A DNA stretch of 63,982 nt, counting the filler, from Lenisia limosa (taxonomy: Eukaryota > Protista > Breviatea), in the NCBI GenBank assembly GCA_001655205.1. It is 15 parts of 15 records of this genome, joined end to end, with 100 filler letters (N's around TTAATTAATTAA, not from the genome) between each part and the next. Parts side by side here need not be neighbours in the genome. Positions count along the whole stretch, not along the records: positions 51,955 to 55,236 come from LPNZ01007205.1; positions 55,337 to 58,843 come from LPNZ01003473.1; positions 58,944 to 60,689 come from LPNZ01002630.1; positions 60,790 to 62,734 come from LPNZ01008714.1; 11 more parts are not named here. The stretch is one strand, 5' to 3'. Shown here piece by piece: positions 52,520 through 62,710 of the stretch. A program made the translations under genes and the position numbers. The notes under the pieces were generated by a model. It saw nothing but the letters and a program-made list of their open reading frames with translations. It had not been told where the DNA came from and made no database searches. Within the stretch, counting starts at the first letter, position 1. Every line of letters begins with the position of its first letter.

Positions 52520-54030
52520 TAAAATACCCTCACCATGATATCAGGCAGGCTTCTAAACCCTCCTTCCATATCCTCGTACACGGCAGGCAGGCGGAATACC
52601 CCAGTATCCCATTTAGCTAGGGGGTGAGAAGAGACACATTTCATTTTTTTTTTCAATTAATTGCACCGAGCCCTCATATAATTTGTACCCCAAAAATCCA
52701 TGGCATATATCAGCACACCATTTGAGGATGTCGAGGGCTGCGGATCAGGCTTCTTTTTAGGCTGAAAGAACGACATAAATTTGCTCTTTTGCTTTTTATC
52801 CTGGGGGGAGGGGGGGGGGGGNNNNNNNNNNNNNNNNNNNNNNNNNNNNNNNNNNNNNNNNNNNNNNNNNNNNNNNNNNNNNNNNNNNNNNNNNNNNNNN
52901 NNNNNNNNNNNNNNNNNNNNNNNNNNNNNNNNNNNNNNNNNNNNNNNNNNNNNNNNNNNNNNNNNNNNNNNNNNNNNNNNNNNNNNNNNNNNNNNNNNNN
53001 NNNNNNNNNNNNNNNNNNNNNNNNNNNNNNNNNNNNNNNNNNNNNNNNNNNNNNNNNNNNNNNNNNNNNNNNNNNNNNNNNNNNNNNNNNNNNNNNNNNN
53101 NNNNNNNNNNNNNNNNNNNNNNNNNNNNNNNNNNNNNNNNTCTTTTTTCCGTTTAGCCTCCAGCTCTTCCTCCTTCTTCTGGTCCCTCTTCTTCTGCTCT
53201 TCATCCCTCAACAACTCTCTTTTTCGCTTCTCTTCCTCCTTCAACGCATCCCTCTTCTTCTTCTCCTCCTCCTTAATTAGCTCACGCTTCTTCCTGTCCT
53301 CTTCATGAGTCTTCTTGTCAGCCTCCATTTTCTCTGTTCTCAGAGCCTTCTCGACCTCAGCTTTTTCGAGACGAGCTTTCTTCTCCTGCTCTTTCTTGGC
53401 GTCATCCTCTTCTTTCTTTCTCTGCTTCTCTAGAAGCTAGGGAGTTAGCAGAAACACATACATCCTTTTTTTTTTACGATATTTCCCATTTCCATCAATA
53501 ATATTATCTTGTTTCTTCCATCATCAATCAATAACAGATTGTTTCTTCTATCATCAATACTATGATTTTTTGAGAATCATCCAACTATTGACAATCAAGA
53601 TGAAGGGAGAAAAAATCAACCAGATAAGCCTCAACTATGGATATAAGCTCTCTCTACGCATGTTNNNNNNNNNNNNNNNNNNNNNNNNNNNNNNNNNNNN
53701 NNNNNNNNNNNNNNNNNNNNNNNNNNNNNNNNNNNNNNGGAAGGGGGCTTACTTTGGCTTGTTTAGCTCGTTCCTTCTCTTCGATTGCGGCCAACTGAAG
53801 GGTAAAAGACGCTACTCAAACGAAAACAGACTGGAAACACAGAAAAATAATAATAATAAAAAAAAAATAGAAAAAAATAAAATAGAAAACAGACTGAGAC
53901 CACAGAAAATGAAAACAAAATAGAAAACAATCACATGAGATGAAGAAGCCAGCCCACTCGGAGGATCTCCGTCTGCGAGTCCGCTACCACCTTGTCCAGA
54001 GCTTCTTCAAGGGTGGAAATCTGCTCATCT
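52520..54030 (-). CDS. K/E-rich coiled-coil protein, possibly the chromatin assembly factor 1 large subunit (CHAF1A/Cac1-like), partial
   Basis: Long KER tract (EEEKKKRDALKEEEKRKRE..) followed by KKQKSKFMSFFQPKKK, resembling the CAF-1 p150 KER region and the Q..I..FF PIP-like motif. Confidence 0.45.
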
Positions 54031-54609
54031 GGGGGTATGAAACAAAAACAAAAAAAAAAAAAAAGAAACAAANNNNNNNNNNNNNNNNNNNNNNNNNNNN
54101 NNNNNNNNNNNNNNNNNNNNNNNNNNNNNNNNNNNNNNNNNNNNGACAATCCCCGGGAAACCAACCCTTGTGCTTTTTGAACGCCAGAGGGGGGAGGAGC
54201 GAGTTGTTCTTCACAACTTGTGTCAAGAGTTTATGGAACTGAAATGGATAAGATGTAAAAAGTGGATAAGCGAGAAGCTGTCCATGTCATCAAGCTTATA
54301 AGAGTGATTTAATATAATAGCTTTCTCAATGAACATGTACAGAGAATTAGGAAGAGGGAGACTGAAGTGTCAACACCATCACGTTTATAAAAGGGTGCAA
54401 ATAGATATCCACACAATCACGTTTATAAGAGATATCCATGCCATCATGTTAATAAGAGGGATTGATATAGTGTGCTAAGCCTCACCGCAACAGCCTCAGC
54501 CCTCTGGTTTTTCATTCGGGTTCTGAAAGACACTGCCATGGCCTTGCCTCCACGCGCCTCCCAATACTGGCACTGGAACACCGGTGCTGTACAGTGAGAA
54601 TAGTTACAA

Positions 54610-54705
54610 ATAAGGTTGTATCTGGCTGAAGCCGTCAACACCATCACGCTTCTAGGAGATATTGGATTATAGTTGATGATGAATTCCCAATCATTTGCCT
54701 TGTTG
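54610..54705 (-). repeat. Repeat family R3 copy
   Basis: AAGGTTGTATCTGGCTGAAGCCGTCAACACCATCACGC..GATATTGGAT..CCCAATCATTTGCCTT. Confidence 0.8.
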
Positions 54706-54864
54706 TGAATATTTCCTTGAATTGCATAGTTTCCATAGTTTTCTATCTAGTTTAAGTTGTCATACTGATTAAGAAATACATCAATATTGTAGTGCTATGC
54801 TGTTTTCTGTTTTTGGTGAAGGCCGAGTGTTAGACAAATCACCACTTATGTCTTCATTTCGTTT

Positions 54865-54990
54865 TGACAAATATCGATAGTTTTCGAAGATTTATAGAGA
54901 ATTTTAGTCTTTTTTCGAACCGAAGTGAAGCCCTTTCACTAGGGCTTTACTTATGGTCGAAAAAGTCAGCATTTTAAAAAATTGAGAATT
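54865..54990. mobile_element. Two M1 MITE halves, end to end
   Basis: Right end ..GAACCGAAGTGAAGCCCT, then a few bases, then left end TAGGGCTTTACTT.. Confidence 0.65.
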
Positions 54991-55989
54991 TTCGGGCCAG
55001 AGTGGCTTTTCTGATAACTCACAGAGACACCGGACTATGACAAGGATGGTATGAAATACCTATTTAAAGATCAAAATACACATACAACATGAATGTTCGT
55101 TTAGATAAGTTTCAGATTATATTTTCAAACATTCCTCCTCATCAGCAACCCAGCATATGAGCTCACCATCTGGGGATTTGTTGAGAGGGTGCGGAGTGGC
55201 AGGACCCACGCATTTGAGGATCATGGCATCTTTTATNNNNNNNNNNNNNNNNNNNNNNNNNNNNNNNNNNNNNNNNNNNNTTAATTAATTAANNNNNNNN
55301 NNNNNNNNNNNNNNNNNNNNNNNNNNNNNNNNNNNNTATAGATTTTATATGGGGACCTTTTTCAAATGATACTGAACAGTATCCGTAATAATCTCTTTTG
55401 GAGATGGCCAAAATGACGTTTGCTGTTCTGCAGCTTCAGGACAGTTAGTGCTTCTGACCAACCTCTATTAGATAGCTTTTAATTGCTTCTTATTTCTTCC
55501 CACCGGTGTTGTCGCAATCCGTATTGTCAGGAAATATACCTTGCGAGAAAAGCTAAAGGCGTTTTTTTAAACAATTATATGATATGTATTATTATCATAT
55601 CAAATGTATAATACAATACATCTTTTTATATGTACATATGAGTACAGTTGTAAGGGGAAAAGGGGAAATAATTTGGCATAATGAGCTGACATAACTGAAT
55701 AACTTTATGCATGGGATTGCTTATCAAGATGACCCCTACAGCGCCACACTGACCCTCCCCCCTCCAGGTTTGTATGGATTGCTACAGCCCCACGAACTCA
55801 GTTGTTGATGCGATGTGGAGAATATACGAAAGGAAGGTTGGTGGATTACCTTAAAGACAAAACGTACTGCTTTTGCAGAAAGAGTCAGCAATAACTTTTA
55901 TTTTGTTTGTTTGATTTCTAATTTTGACAGTATTTTAATTATATGATATGATATACTATATGATGTAGTTTTAATATAAATATATAAAT

Positions 55990-56479
55990 ATATGCTGCAG
56001 CGCCAAAACTCCGAATTTTTTGAATAAACTCCGAATTTTATTTTTCCAACAACACACAAATAGGTTCATACTTCATGAAAACAAAAAAAACGTTCATAAA
56101 ACATAAAATAGAAGACAATAGAATACTGTTTTTTTTTTTCACCAAAGAGAAAAACTGGATCTTTTTTTTTGCTTATCTTGCCTTGATCTTGTAAAAAATA
56201 TTTGGTTTGGTTCGAGTCTGTTTAGAGTAGGTTTGTGAGTTATGTATTAATATAATGGCCATTTTTCTTGGGATATGATATCATTAGCAGCATTAACAAC
56301 AGGCAACTCTGTTTTTTTGAAAATAAAAAAGACATTATACTGGGTGTTTGCAATTCGATGATATTGAAAAGCTTTCATTGAGTATAAATAAAAGCCCCAG
56401 TTACTTAAGACAAATTTGTGTAAGAAAATAAAATTCGGAGTTTATTCAAAAAATTCGGAGATTTGGCGCTGCAGCATAT
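55990..56479. mobile_element. About 490-bp MITE with long TIRs (family M3)
   Basis: About 55-60-bp near-perfect TIR ATATGCTGCAGCGCCAAAACTCCGAATTTTTTGAATAAACTCCGAATTTTATTTT, containing a doubled ACTCCGAATTTT motif. The interior is AT-rich and non-coding. Confidence 0.92.
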
Positions 56480-57126
56480 CATATAGACATCACCTTTTAA
56501 ATTTTGGCACCTTCCAAGATAGACTTGTTTGCAAGAGATTAGTTTTGTAGAGGGGTTTTATGTTGTATGTCTATAAAACCATCTATTTTTGTCAGTTTTG
56601 GAATGAAGCCAGCAGCAATGTACATATTTTGGAAGATATCGTGACTTTCGAACTATTTTTTTTTGCAGTAATGTCTCTATTGAAACTAGGATCATAGAGA
56701 TCCAGCTGCTGACTACACAAACAGGAGGACTTCATGAACCTAAGATAAATCGGTTATATTTTTTTCACACTTAGAAAATGTAATCAGTGCAAATTGTACA
56801 GCTTTTATTGAAAGGACAATAGAAATTCAGCGGTTGACAACACAAAGAAACATCCAACAGAAAACGACAGAAACAGGAGGACTTCATGAACACACTGTGA
56901 TATATTGGTTAGCTAACTACTTGAGGAAACTACTTGAATCACCATGTGTCGAGAAGAACGCGTACTCCCTTGATGTCGAATGCTGCTCCGGATGCCTTCT
57001 GCCTACTCCCACCGAATCGTGAAACTAAGTCACAATGCCCAAAAAAAATTTTAGCCGCAGGCACGATGCCGGCGTTTTTGATTTTTTGACCAGTATCCTG
57101 AAGTTATTTGGGAGGCAGTTATATGT

Positions 57127-57166
57127 GCTCTTATGGCTCAGATGGTAGAGCGCTCGGCTGTTAACC
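57127..57166 (+). tRNA. tRNA-Asn(GTT), 5' half; 3' half lost in a gap
   Basis: GCTCTTA TG GCTC AGATGGTA GAGC G CTCGG CT GTT AA CC: intact D-arm, anticodon GTT at 57160-57162. Confidence 0.85.
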
Positions 57167-57389
57167 NNNNNNNNNNNNNNNNNNNNNNNNNNNNNNNNNN
57201 NNNNNNNNNNNNNNNNNNNNNNNNNAGTTTTTTTCCTCATTTTTTTTTTTTTTTTTCAGGACTTAAAGTTTCCTTCATATTACAGAATTAGTATACATAT
57301 GATGAATTATTATTTCTATTAGATATCATATTTATATGTAGGAATTCTTCAAAGGCTATAGCGCTCGTTCTTGTTTGTGTTTTTGTCAT

Positions 57390-57496
57390 GTGGTTTTTTA
57401 GCTTTGGTTGCTCGTGTTTGTTATTGCTTGTTTTTGTTTGTTTGGAGTTTTAGATTATTCGGTTCGTGATTAATACCTTTACGCCAATATTCTTCA
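57390..57496 (+). repeat. Repeat R4-associated segment (R4b)
   Basis: GGTTGCTCGTGTTTG..TAGATTATTCGGTTCGTGATTAATACCTTTACGCCAATATTCTTCA. Matches 61165-61254 and, in part, 47030-47085 and the reverse complement of 62435-62500. Confidence 0.8.
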
Positions 57497-57720
57497 NNNN
57501 NNNNNNNNNNNNNNNNNNNNNNNNNNNNNNNNNNNNNNNNNNNNNNNNNNNNNNNNNNNNNNNNNNNNNNNNNNNNNNNNNNNNNNNNNNNNNNNNNNNN
57601 NNNNNNNNNNNNNNNNNNNNNNNNNNNNNNNNNNNNNNNNNGAAGAAATCGAATTGTTAGCTTATGAATTCTGAAATGCTCCCTTTTGATTTGATATTTT
57701 CATCTGACATGCATACCTAC

Positions 57721-57819
57721 TAGGGCTTCAGTTTGGTTCAAAAAAGACTGAATTTCTCACTAAATCCTCGAAAACTATCGATATTTTACCTGTCTTTTTC
57801 GAACCAAAGTGAAGCCCTA
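57721..57819. mobile_element. hAT-type MITE family M1, full-length reference-like copy
   Basis: TAGGGCTTCAGTTTGGTTCAAAAAAGAC ... GTCTTTTTCGAACCAAAGTGAAGCCCTA (about 28-bp TIR). TSD not evident. Confidence 0.9.
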
Positions 57820-58318
57820 TAAATATGCATAAGGGTGTGTACCGGTTGAAGCCGTATTGTTTTCGGGTTAAAGCGAGATGTGCATCGAACTTTTTGGGTT
57901 AGTCTTGTACATGTTTGTTTTTTTGAGAGAAAAAGAAGAGAAGAAAAAAGATGTTCTCTCTTTTTGGGTGATCTCAAACAATTTTCTGATCTCTATCCTT
58001 TGCTCTCTGAATTGATTGTAAAAAAATACAATCACTTGAAAAGAGCAAAGAAAAAGAGATTCGAGATATCAGAAATTTGCCCCATCAAAGGAAGAAAGAC
58101 CTAAATCCATCCAATCCTGGCTTTCTCTGAAACAGAGGGTCTTTGTGCTCTCTCGAGAAGGAAGGCTCGAGAATGGAAGTTTTATTCAATTGAACAGATT
58201 TTTACGGGGGGGGGGTAGATAGGTTAGTAGCATTATCTCCAAACGGTGCACATCTCGCTTTAAGTATGTCCCTTTGTTGTTTATTTTTATCGGCAATGGA
58301 GGGCTAATCAGTACACAG

Positions 58319-58843
58319 GTGCTCCTGCTAGGCCAGTACAGTGTGGGGAAGACGTCCTTCATCAAATACCTCCTGGAACGCGACTTCCCAGGTATCCGTA
58401 TTGGTCCCGAGCCTACTACTGATAGGTGGGGGGGGGGTCATTTATTGGCTTTTTCTTCAAGGGGACCGCAAATCTCCAAGGGTTGCTGTGATGCCTTTAC
58501 TTCAATTTCTTCTTACCCCCCTCTTCTCACCAGATTTGTGGCAATTATGAAGGGCAACGAAGATCGGGTTGTACCTGGAAATGCCTTAAGTGTGGATGCT
58601 ACTAAACCGTTCCATGGGGTAGACAAGTTCGGTACTGGTAAGGGGTGGAGGCAAGCTTGTTCCTTAAAATATCATTGTCTCAATTTTTCCGAAAAAACTC
58701 TATAGTCTTCTCATTTCATTCCACCAGGGTTCCTCAGTAAATTCGAGTCATCGGAATGTGACGCGCCCATTCTGGACAATGTGACCTTCATCGACACCCC
58801 GGGTGTGCTGTCAGGACAGAAGCAGCGTATAGGTCGCTCATAT
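58319..58843 (+). CDS. EHD: EH-domain ATPase (EHD/RME-1 family), G-domain exons, partial
   Basis: VLLLGQYSVGKTSFIKYLLERDFPGIRIGPEPTTDRFVAIM..VPGNAL..KFG..FLSKFE..FIDTPGVLSGQKQRIGRSY. Confidence 0.95.
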
Positions 58844-58976
58844 NNNNNNNNNNNNNNNNNNNNNNNNNNNNNNNNNNNNNNNNNNNNTTAATTAATTAAN
58901 NNNNNNNNNNNNNNNNNNNNNNNNNNNNNNNNNNNNNNNNNNNATTAACTATTATGTTGTGTACAATAATAGTATG

Positions 58977-59054
58977 CGGTGAACGGGATAAGTCTTGAGC
59001 GATTTTTATTGGAAAAACAAAAAGCAAATCGGTCAAGACTTATCCCGATCTCTG
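58977..59054. mobile_element. M2 MITE
   Basis: CGGTGAACGGGATAAGTCTTGAGCG ... CGGTCAAGACTTATCCCGATCTCTG-TA. Confidence 0.8.
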
Positions 59055-59749
59055 TATTTACAATGAAGATATTATAACAATGAAATTCTCAATGCAGTAT
59101 CTCCCCATCCACTGCCATAAATCCCACCCCTCTAAATAACAATAAATCATCCAGAGAAAACAGAAAAAATGAAACCATGCCAAAGCGCCTTCACGCCCAC
59201 CCTTACAAAACTAGACCCTTTTTTACCCTTTTTTACCCTTTTTTACCCTATTTTTACCCTATAATAACCCCCCCCCACTTCCGGCTGCGGGATCGCCATT
59301 GTTCCGATGAGCCCACTGACAGCCTCCTGACACGTCATCTGGAGAATAAGTGTGTTCTGGGTTCATTGAAGCACGAAATAGGATGTTCGTGCTAACTATG
59401 ATTTTTAAGCCATAAAAGCCTCGATCAATCTTCATATAGTACTTATTAATTGATATTGATTGAATTTATCCAGGATTAATCCTAGTAGCATTTTTTGAAA
59501 CACTTCATGTTTTCTCCCTAGATTTATCCAAGAAAATATAAACCAGTGTATATTTTCTCCTGTTGATTGCTAGGAAACTCCCAAATTTTCATGAAGACCC
59601 ACCCAACCTGGCAAATAGTGGCAGTTCGCGTTAGAAATACAGTCAGTAGAGCCATGTCCGACCATCGTATTGTCAGTGGACGTCCATGTCAAAGGTCCAG
59701 TCTACGAAGTAAGGAATTTTTGATGTCAGTGCGCGAATTGTTATACCTA

Positions 59750-59910
59750 GGGTATTCTGGGGAGGCACGCAGAAAGCTGTGTATACAGAGTTAAAAGGCA
59801 AATGATTGGGTGAATTAATATCATATTATACAATAACAATATCTCTTACAAGCCTGATGGTGTGGACAGCTTCGGCCAGATACAACCTTGTTTTGTTATT
59901 TCTCACTATA
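59750..59910 (+). repeat. Repeat family R3, most complete copy
   Basis: Includes the 5' GGGGAGGCACGCAGAAAGCTG, the core, and the 3' GCTTCGGCCAGATACAACCTT..ATTTCTCA. Confidence 0.85.
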
Positions 59911-60068
59911 TTATGTACCTAGGGCTTCACTAAGTCCCAAAAATATTTGAAATATTGATAGCTTTCGCAGATGTATCGTTGTATCTGGCCGAGCCGTCAT
60001 GTAGATACCTCTCTATATATTTGACATACTCAGCTCTACCTCCCGACGACACACAGTCCCACTTCCTA

Positions 60069-60148
60069 CAGTGACCTGGATAAGTCTTGACCGGTTTTCT
60101 TTGGAGAAATCACATATCAAACCGGTCAAAACTTTATCCCGGTCAGGG
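60069..60148. mobile_element. M2 MITE, full length
   Basis: TA-CAGTGACCTGGATAAGTCTTGACCGGTTT ... AAACCGGTCAAAACTTTATCCCGGTCAGGG-TA. Confidence 0.85.
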
Positions 60149-60165
60149 TATAATACGCGCATACC

Positions 60166-60266
60166 TATGGCTTCACTTCGGTTCCAAAAAAAGGCCGAAT
60201 ATCTAGATAAATCCTCGATAAATATCGATATTTCAACAGTCTTTTTTGAACCGAAGTGAAAGCCTA
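60166..60266. mobile_element. M1 MITE
   Basis: TATGGCTTCACTTCGGTTC ... GAACCGAAGTGAAAGCCTA. Confidence 0.85.
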
Positions 60267-60547
60267 TCCATATCCCCCTTCCACCTGGGCAGTATCGACA
60301 GTTGTCAGAAGAGCCTGGTCAATTCGACTGACCAGGGGCTTGGCGTAGACTGCATCGTATATGAACCGGAAGGGTTCCGACATAGCCGCCGAGCTGGGCG
60401 GAGTAAAATTGGACTTTATGAAATAAAAAAAAAAAGTCCAAAATCAACTTTCTAGGAGGGGGGTGGGGAGTAAAACGAAAGAAATTTCGATGAAAATACT
60501 GGCCTAAAAGCACTAAGACTGAGTAGTGTGATGGCGGTCTCGGACCG

Positions 60548-60649
60548 TAGAGGGCTTCACTTTGGTTAGAAAAAGAACACTAAAATATCGATAGTTTTCG
60601 AGGATTTATCGAGAAATTCAGTCTTGTTTTGAACCGAAGTGAAGCTCTA
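60548..60649. mobile_element. M1 MITE
   Basis: AGGGCTTCACTTTGGTT ... AACCGAAGTGAAGCTCTA. Confidence 0.85.
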
Positions 60650-60789
60650 TATGAGCAATGAGAAATAAAAAATAAGGTTGTATCTGGCCNNNNNNNNNNN
60701 NNNNNNNNNNNNNNNNNNNNNNNNNNNNNNNNNTTAATTAATTAANNNNNNNNNNNNNNNNNNNNNNNNNNNNNNNNNNNNNNNNNNNN

Positions 60790-62710
60790 AACCGGACCGT
60801 ATGTCAAAAAGACTCTGGCCCTCTTCATTCCCCTTATTTTCATTGGGTCCTTCGCTGTCATCTTCGGCATCAGAATCGTCTACAAAATGGTCAAATCAGT
60901 GGGGGGGAGGGGATATTTATCATAGATACTTTCTATATGATGATATTATTCAATGCTGGGGGGGAGGGGATATATAGTACATGCATATCATATGTACTAC
61001 AAATATTATCATATCATATTTAAAGTACTAATCATGATTATAGTATTCAATGGAACAGAGTTGATTTGGGCTTTTTTTGTTTCATGAATTTTCCAATTTT
61101 ACTCCCCCCCTTCTGGCTCGGGCTTGTTTTTGTTTTTGTGTTTTTGTCATCTGGCTTTTGTCAAGTTTTAGTGTTGGTTGCTCATGTTGTTGTTGCTTGT
61201 TTTTTGTTTTTTTAGAGTTTCAGATTATTCGGTCGTGATTAGTACCTTTACGCCNNNNNNNNNNNNNNNNNNNNNNNNNNNNNNNNNNNNNNNNNNNNNN
61301 NNNNNNNNNNNNNNNNNNNNNNNNNNNNNNNNNNNNNNNNNNNNNNNNNNNNNNNNNNNNNNNNNNNNNNNNNNNNNNNNNNNNNNNNNNNNNNNNNNNT
61401 CGCGCAGTAAACGCATGACTCTCAATGGCTACATTTTCTTCCTCGGTCTTGCCTATATCTTCATTCTCGAGCGGTGCTTGATCATCTTCGATTGCACGCT
61501 ACAGGTGGGGGGGGGGGGCATGGATATTGTATCATATTATCATATTATTGTATCAGATTGCATTCTTACATTGTACAATACTTACGTACATATATTGGGG
61601 AGTCATTTTGTTGAGATTAATTTGGGGGTGATCATGTGCTGCTATTCATACATTCTCATAGTTTTCTCCCCTGAAGTAACTCACATATTAGTCTGACGGT
61701 ACATATACTCTTGATTCCTACCCAGCTTACCAGGTAAGTATGACGTTAATGGGATACTGGTTTTGAGTCTCTAAGTCCCAAAAAGACTGGAGAAATAGCG
61801 AGAGATTTTGAGGATTTATTAAGAGAAATTCAGTCTTTTATTCGGACCATAGGGAAGCCCTAAATACAGAGACGGCCAGATGCTGGATAAATATATCTAA
61901 CATTCAGTAGAAATATTATGCTGACATTTCTTTTCCACCTCTATGTTTTGAACATTAGAGGCAAAAACTATATTGAGCGTAGGGTGATCATATTTAAGTT
62001 TTCCCATGGGGGGGAGGGGGGAGGGGAGGTCGCGCCAGATATTGGATGACAGCCATATTTTAACTTTCAGTGCACAACTGAACAAGCTTCAACTTTCTAC
62101 CTATTAAACAAGCTTCTGAATATTTTTTTATTTTGAACATATTTCTCTACAATGAGCCTGTTCTAACTTTCAGTGCTACGATGATCAGTGGTGGAACTTT
62201 GTTCCGTACTCCGTCATCGGCATAAGTGGGCGAAGAGTGTTGATATTATCGGGGAGAGGAGGGGGTCACGTTTTCTTTGTATTATTTTTTATTTTGTTTA
62301 TTTTTTCCAAGTTTTTACATTTTGTTTATTTGTATTATTGTTGTTTTTTTTTTCTCGAGATTTCCATTTTCTTACCTGATAGTTGTCTACTGTCTTGGCA
62401 TTCCCATTCTTTTTGGCTACGTATTACGCAAGTTGGCGGGGGAGGGGGGCAAAGGAAACATCGATGAAAATATTGTCGTAAAGGTACTAAACGAATCATT
62501 ATCATTATCATTATTAACATCATCACCATCAACAACAACAACATCATCATCAACATCATCATCAATTGCCATCACCATCATCAACAACAACATCATTATC
62601 ACCATCATCATTACTAACCTCGAAAGGTACCGTCACGATGTGTCCAATATTGGCCTCACTGAGCAATACGGATTCCTTGTAAACCGTTACACCGCGCGCT
62701 ACTTCTACTG
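60790..62710 (+). CDS. Multi-pass membrane protein C-terminal module, partial
   Basis: Hydrophobic exons with IIFDC..SDGTYTLDSYP, YLIVVYCLGIP and EQYGFLVNRYTARYFYW, a motif order common in protist multi-TM receptor-like proteins. Confidence 0.6.
61053..61254 (+). repeat. Composite R4 + R4b repeat in an intron
   Basis: AACAGAGTTGATTTGGG..TTTTACTCCCCCCC followed by the R4b segment. Confidence 0.8.
61765..61862. mobile_element. M1 MITE, left end eroded
   Basis: ..GAGGATTTATTAAGAGAAATTCAGTCTTTTATTCGGACCATAGGGAAGCCCTA. Confidence 0.7.
62505..62615. repeat. (CAT/CAA)n-type trinucleotide low-complexity tract
   Basis: Direct inspection; it lies in an intron of the membrane-protein gene. Confidence 0.8.

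Noticed and set aside
59212-59262. (TTTTTACCC)n as a telomere-like repeat
   Set aside because: It has only about 5 irregular units, is internal, and its T-rich C-strand does not match CCCTAA-type telomeres.
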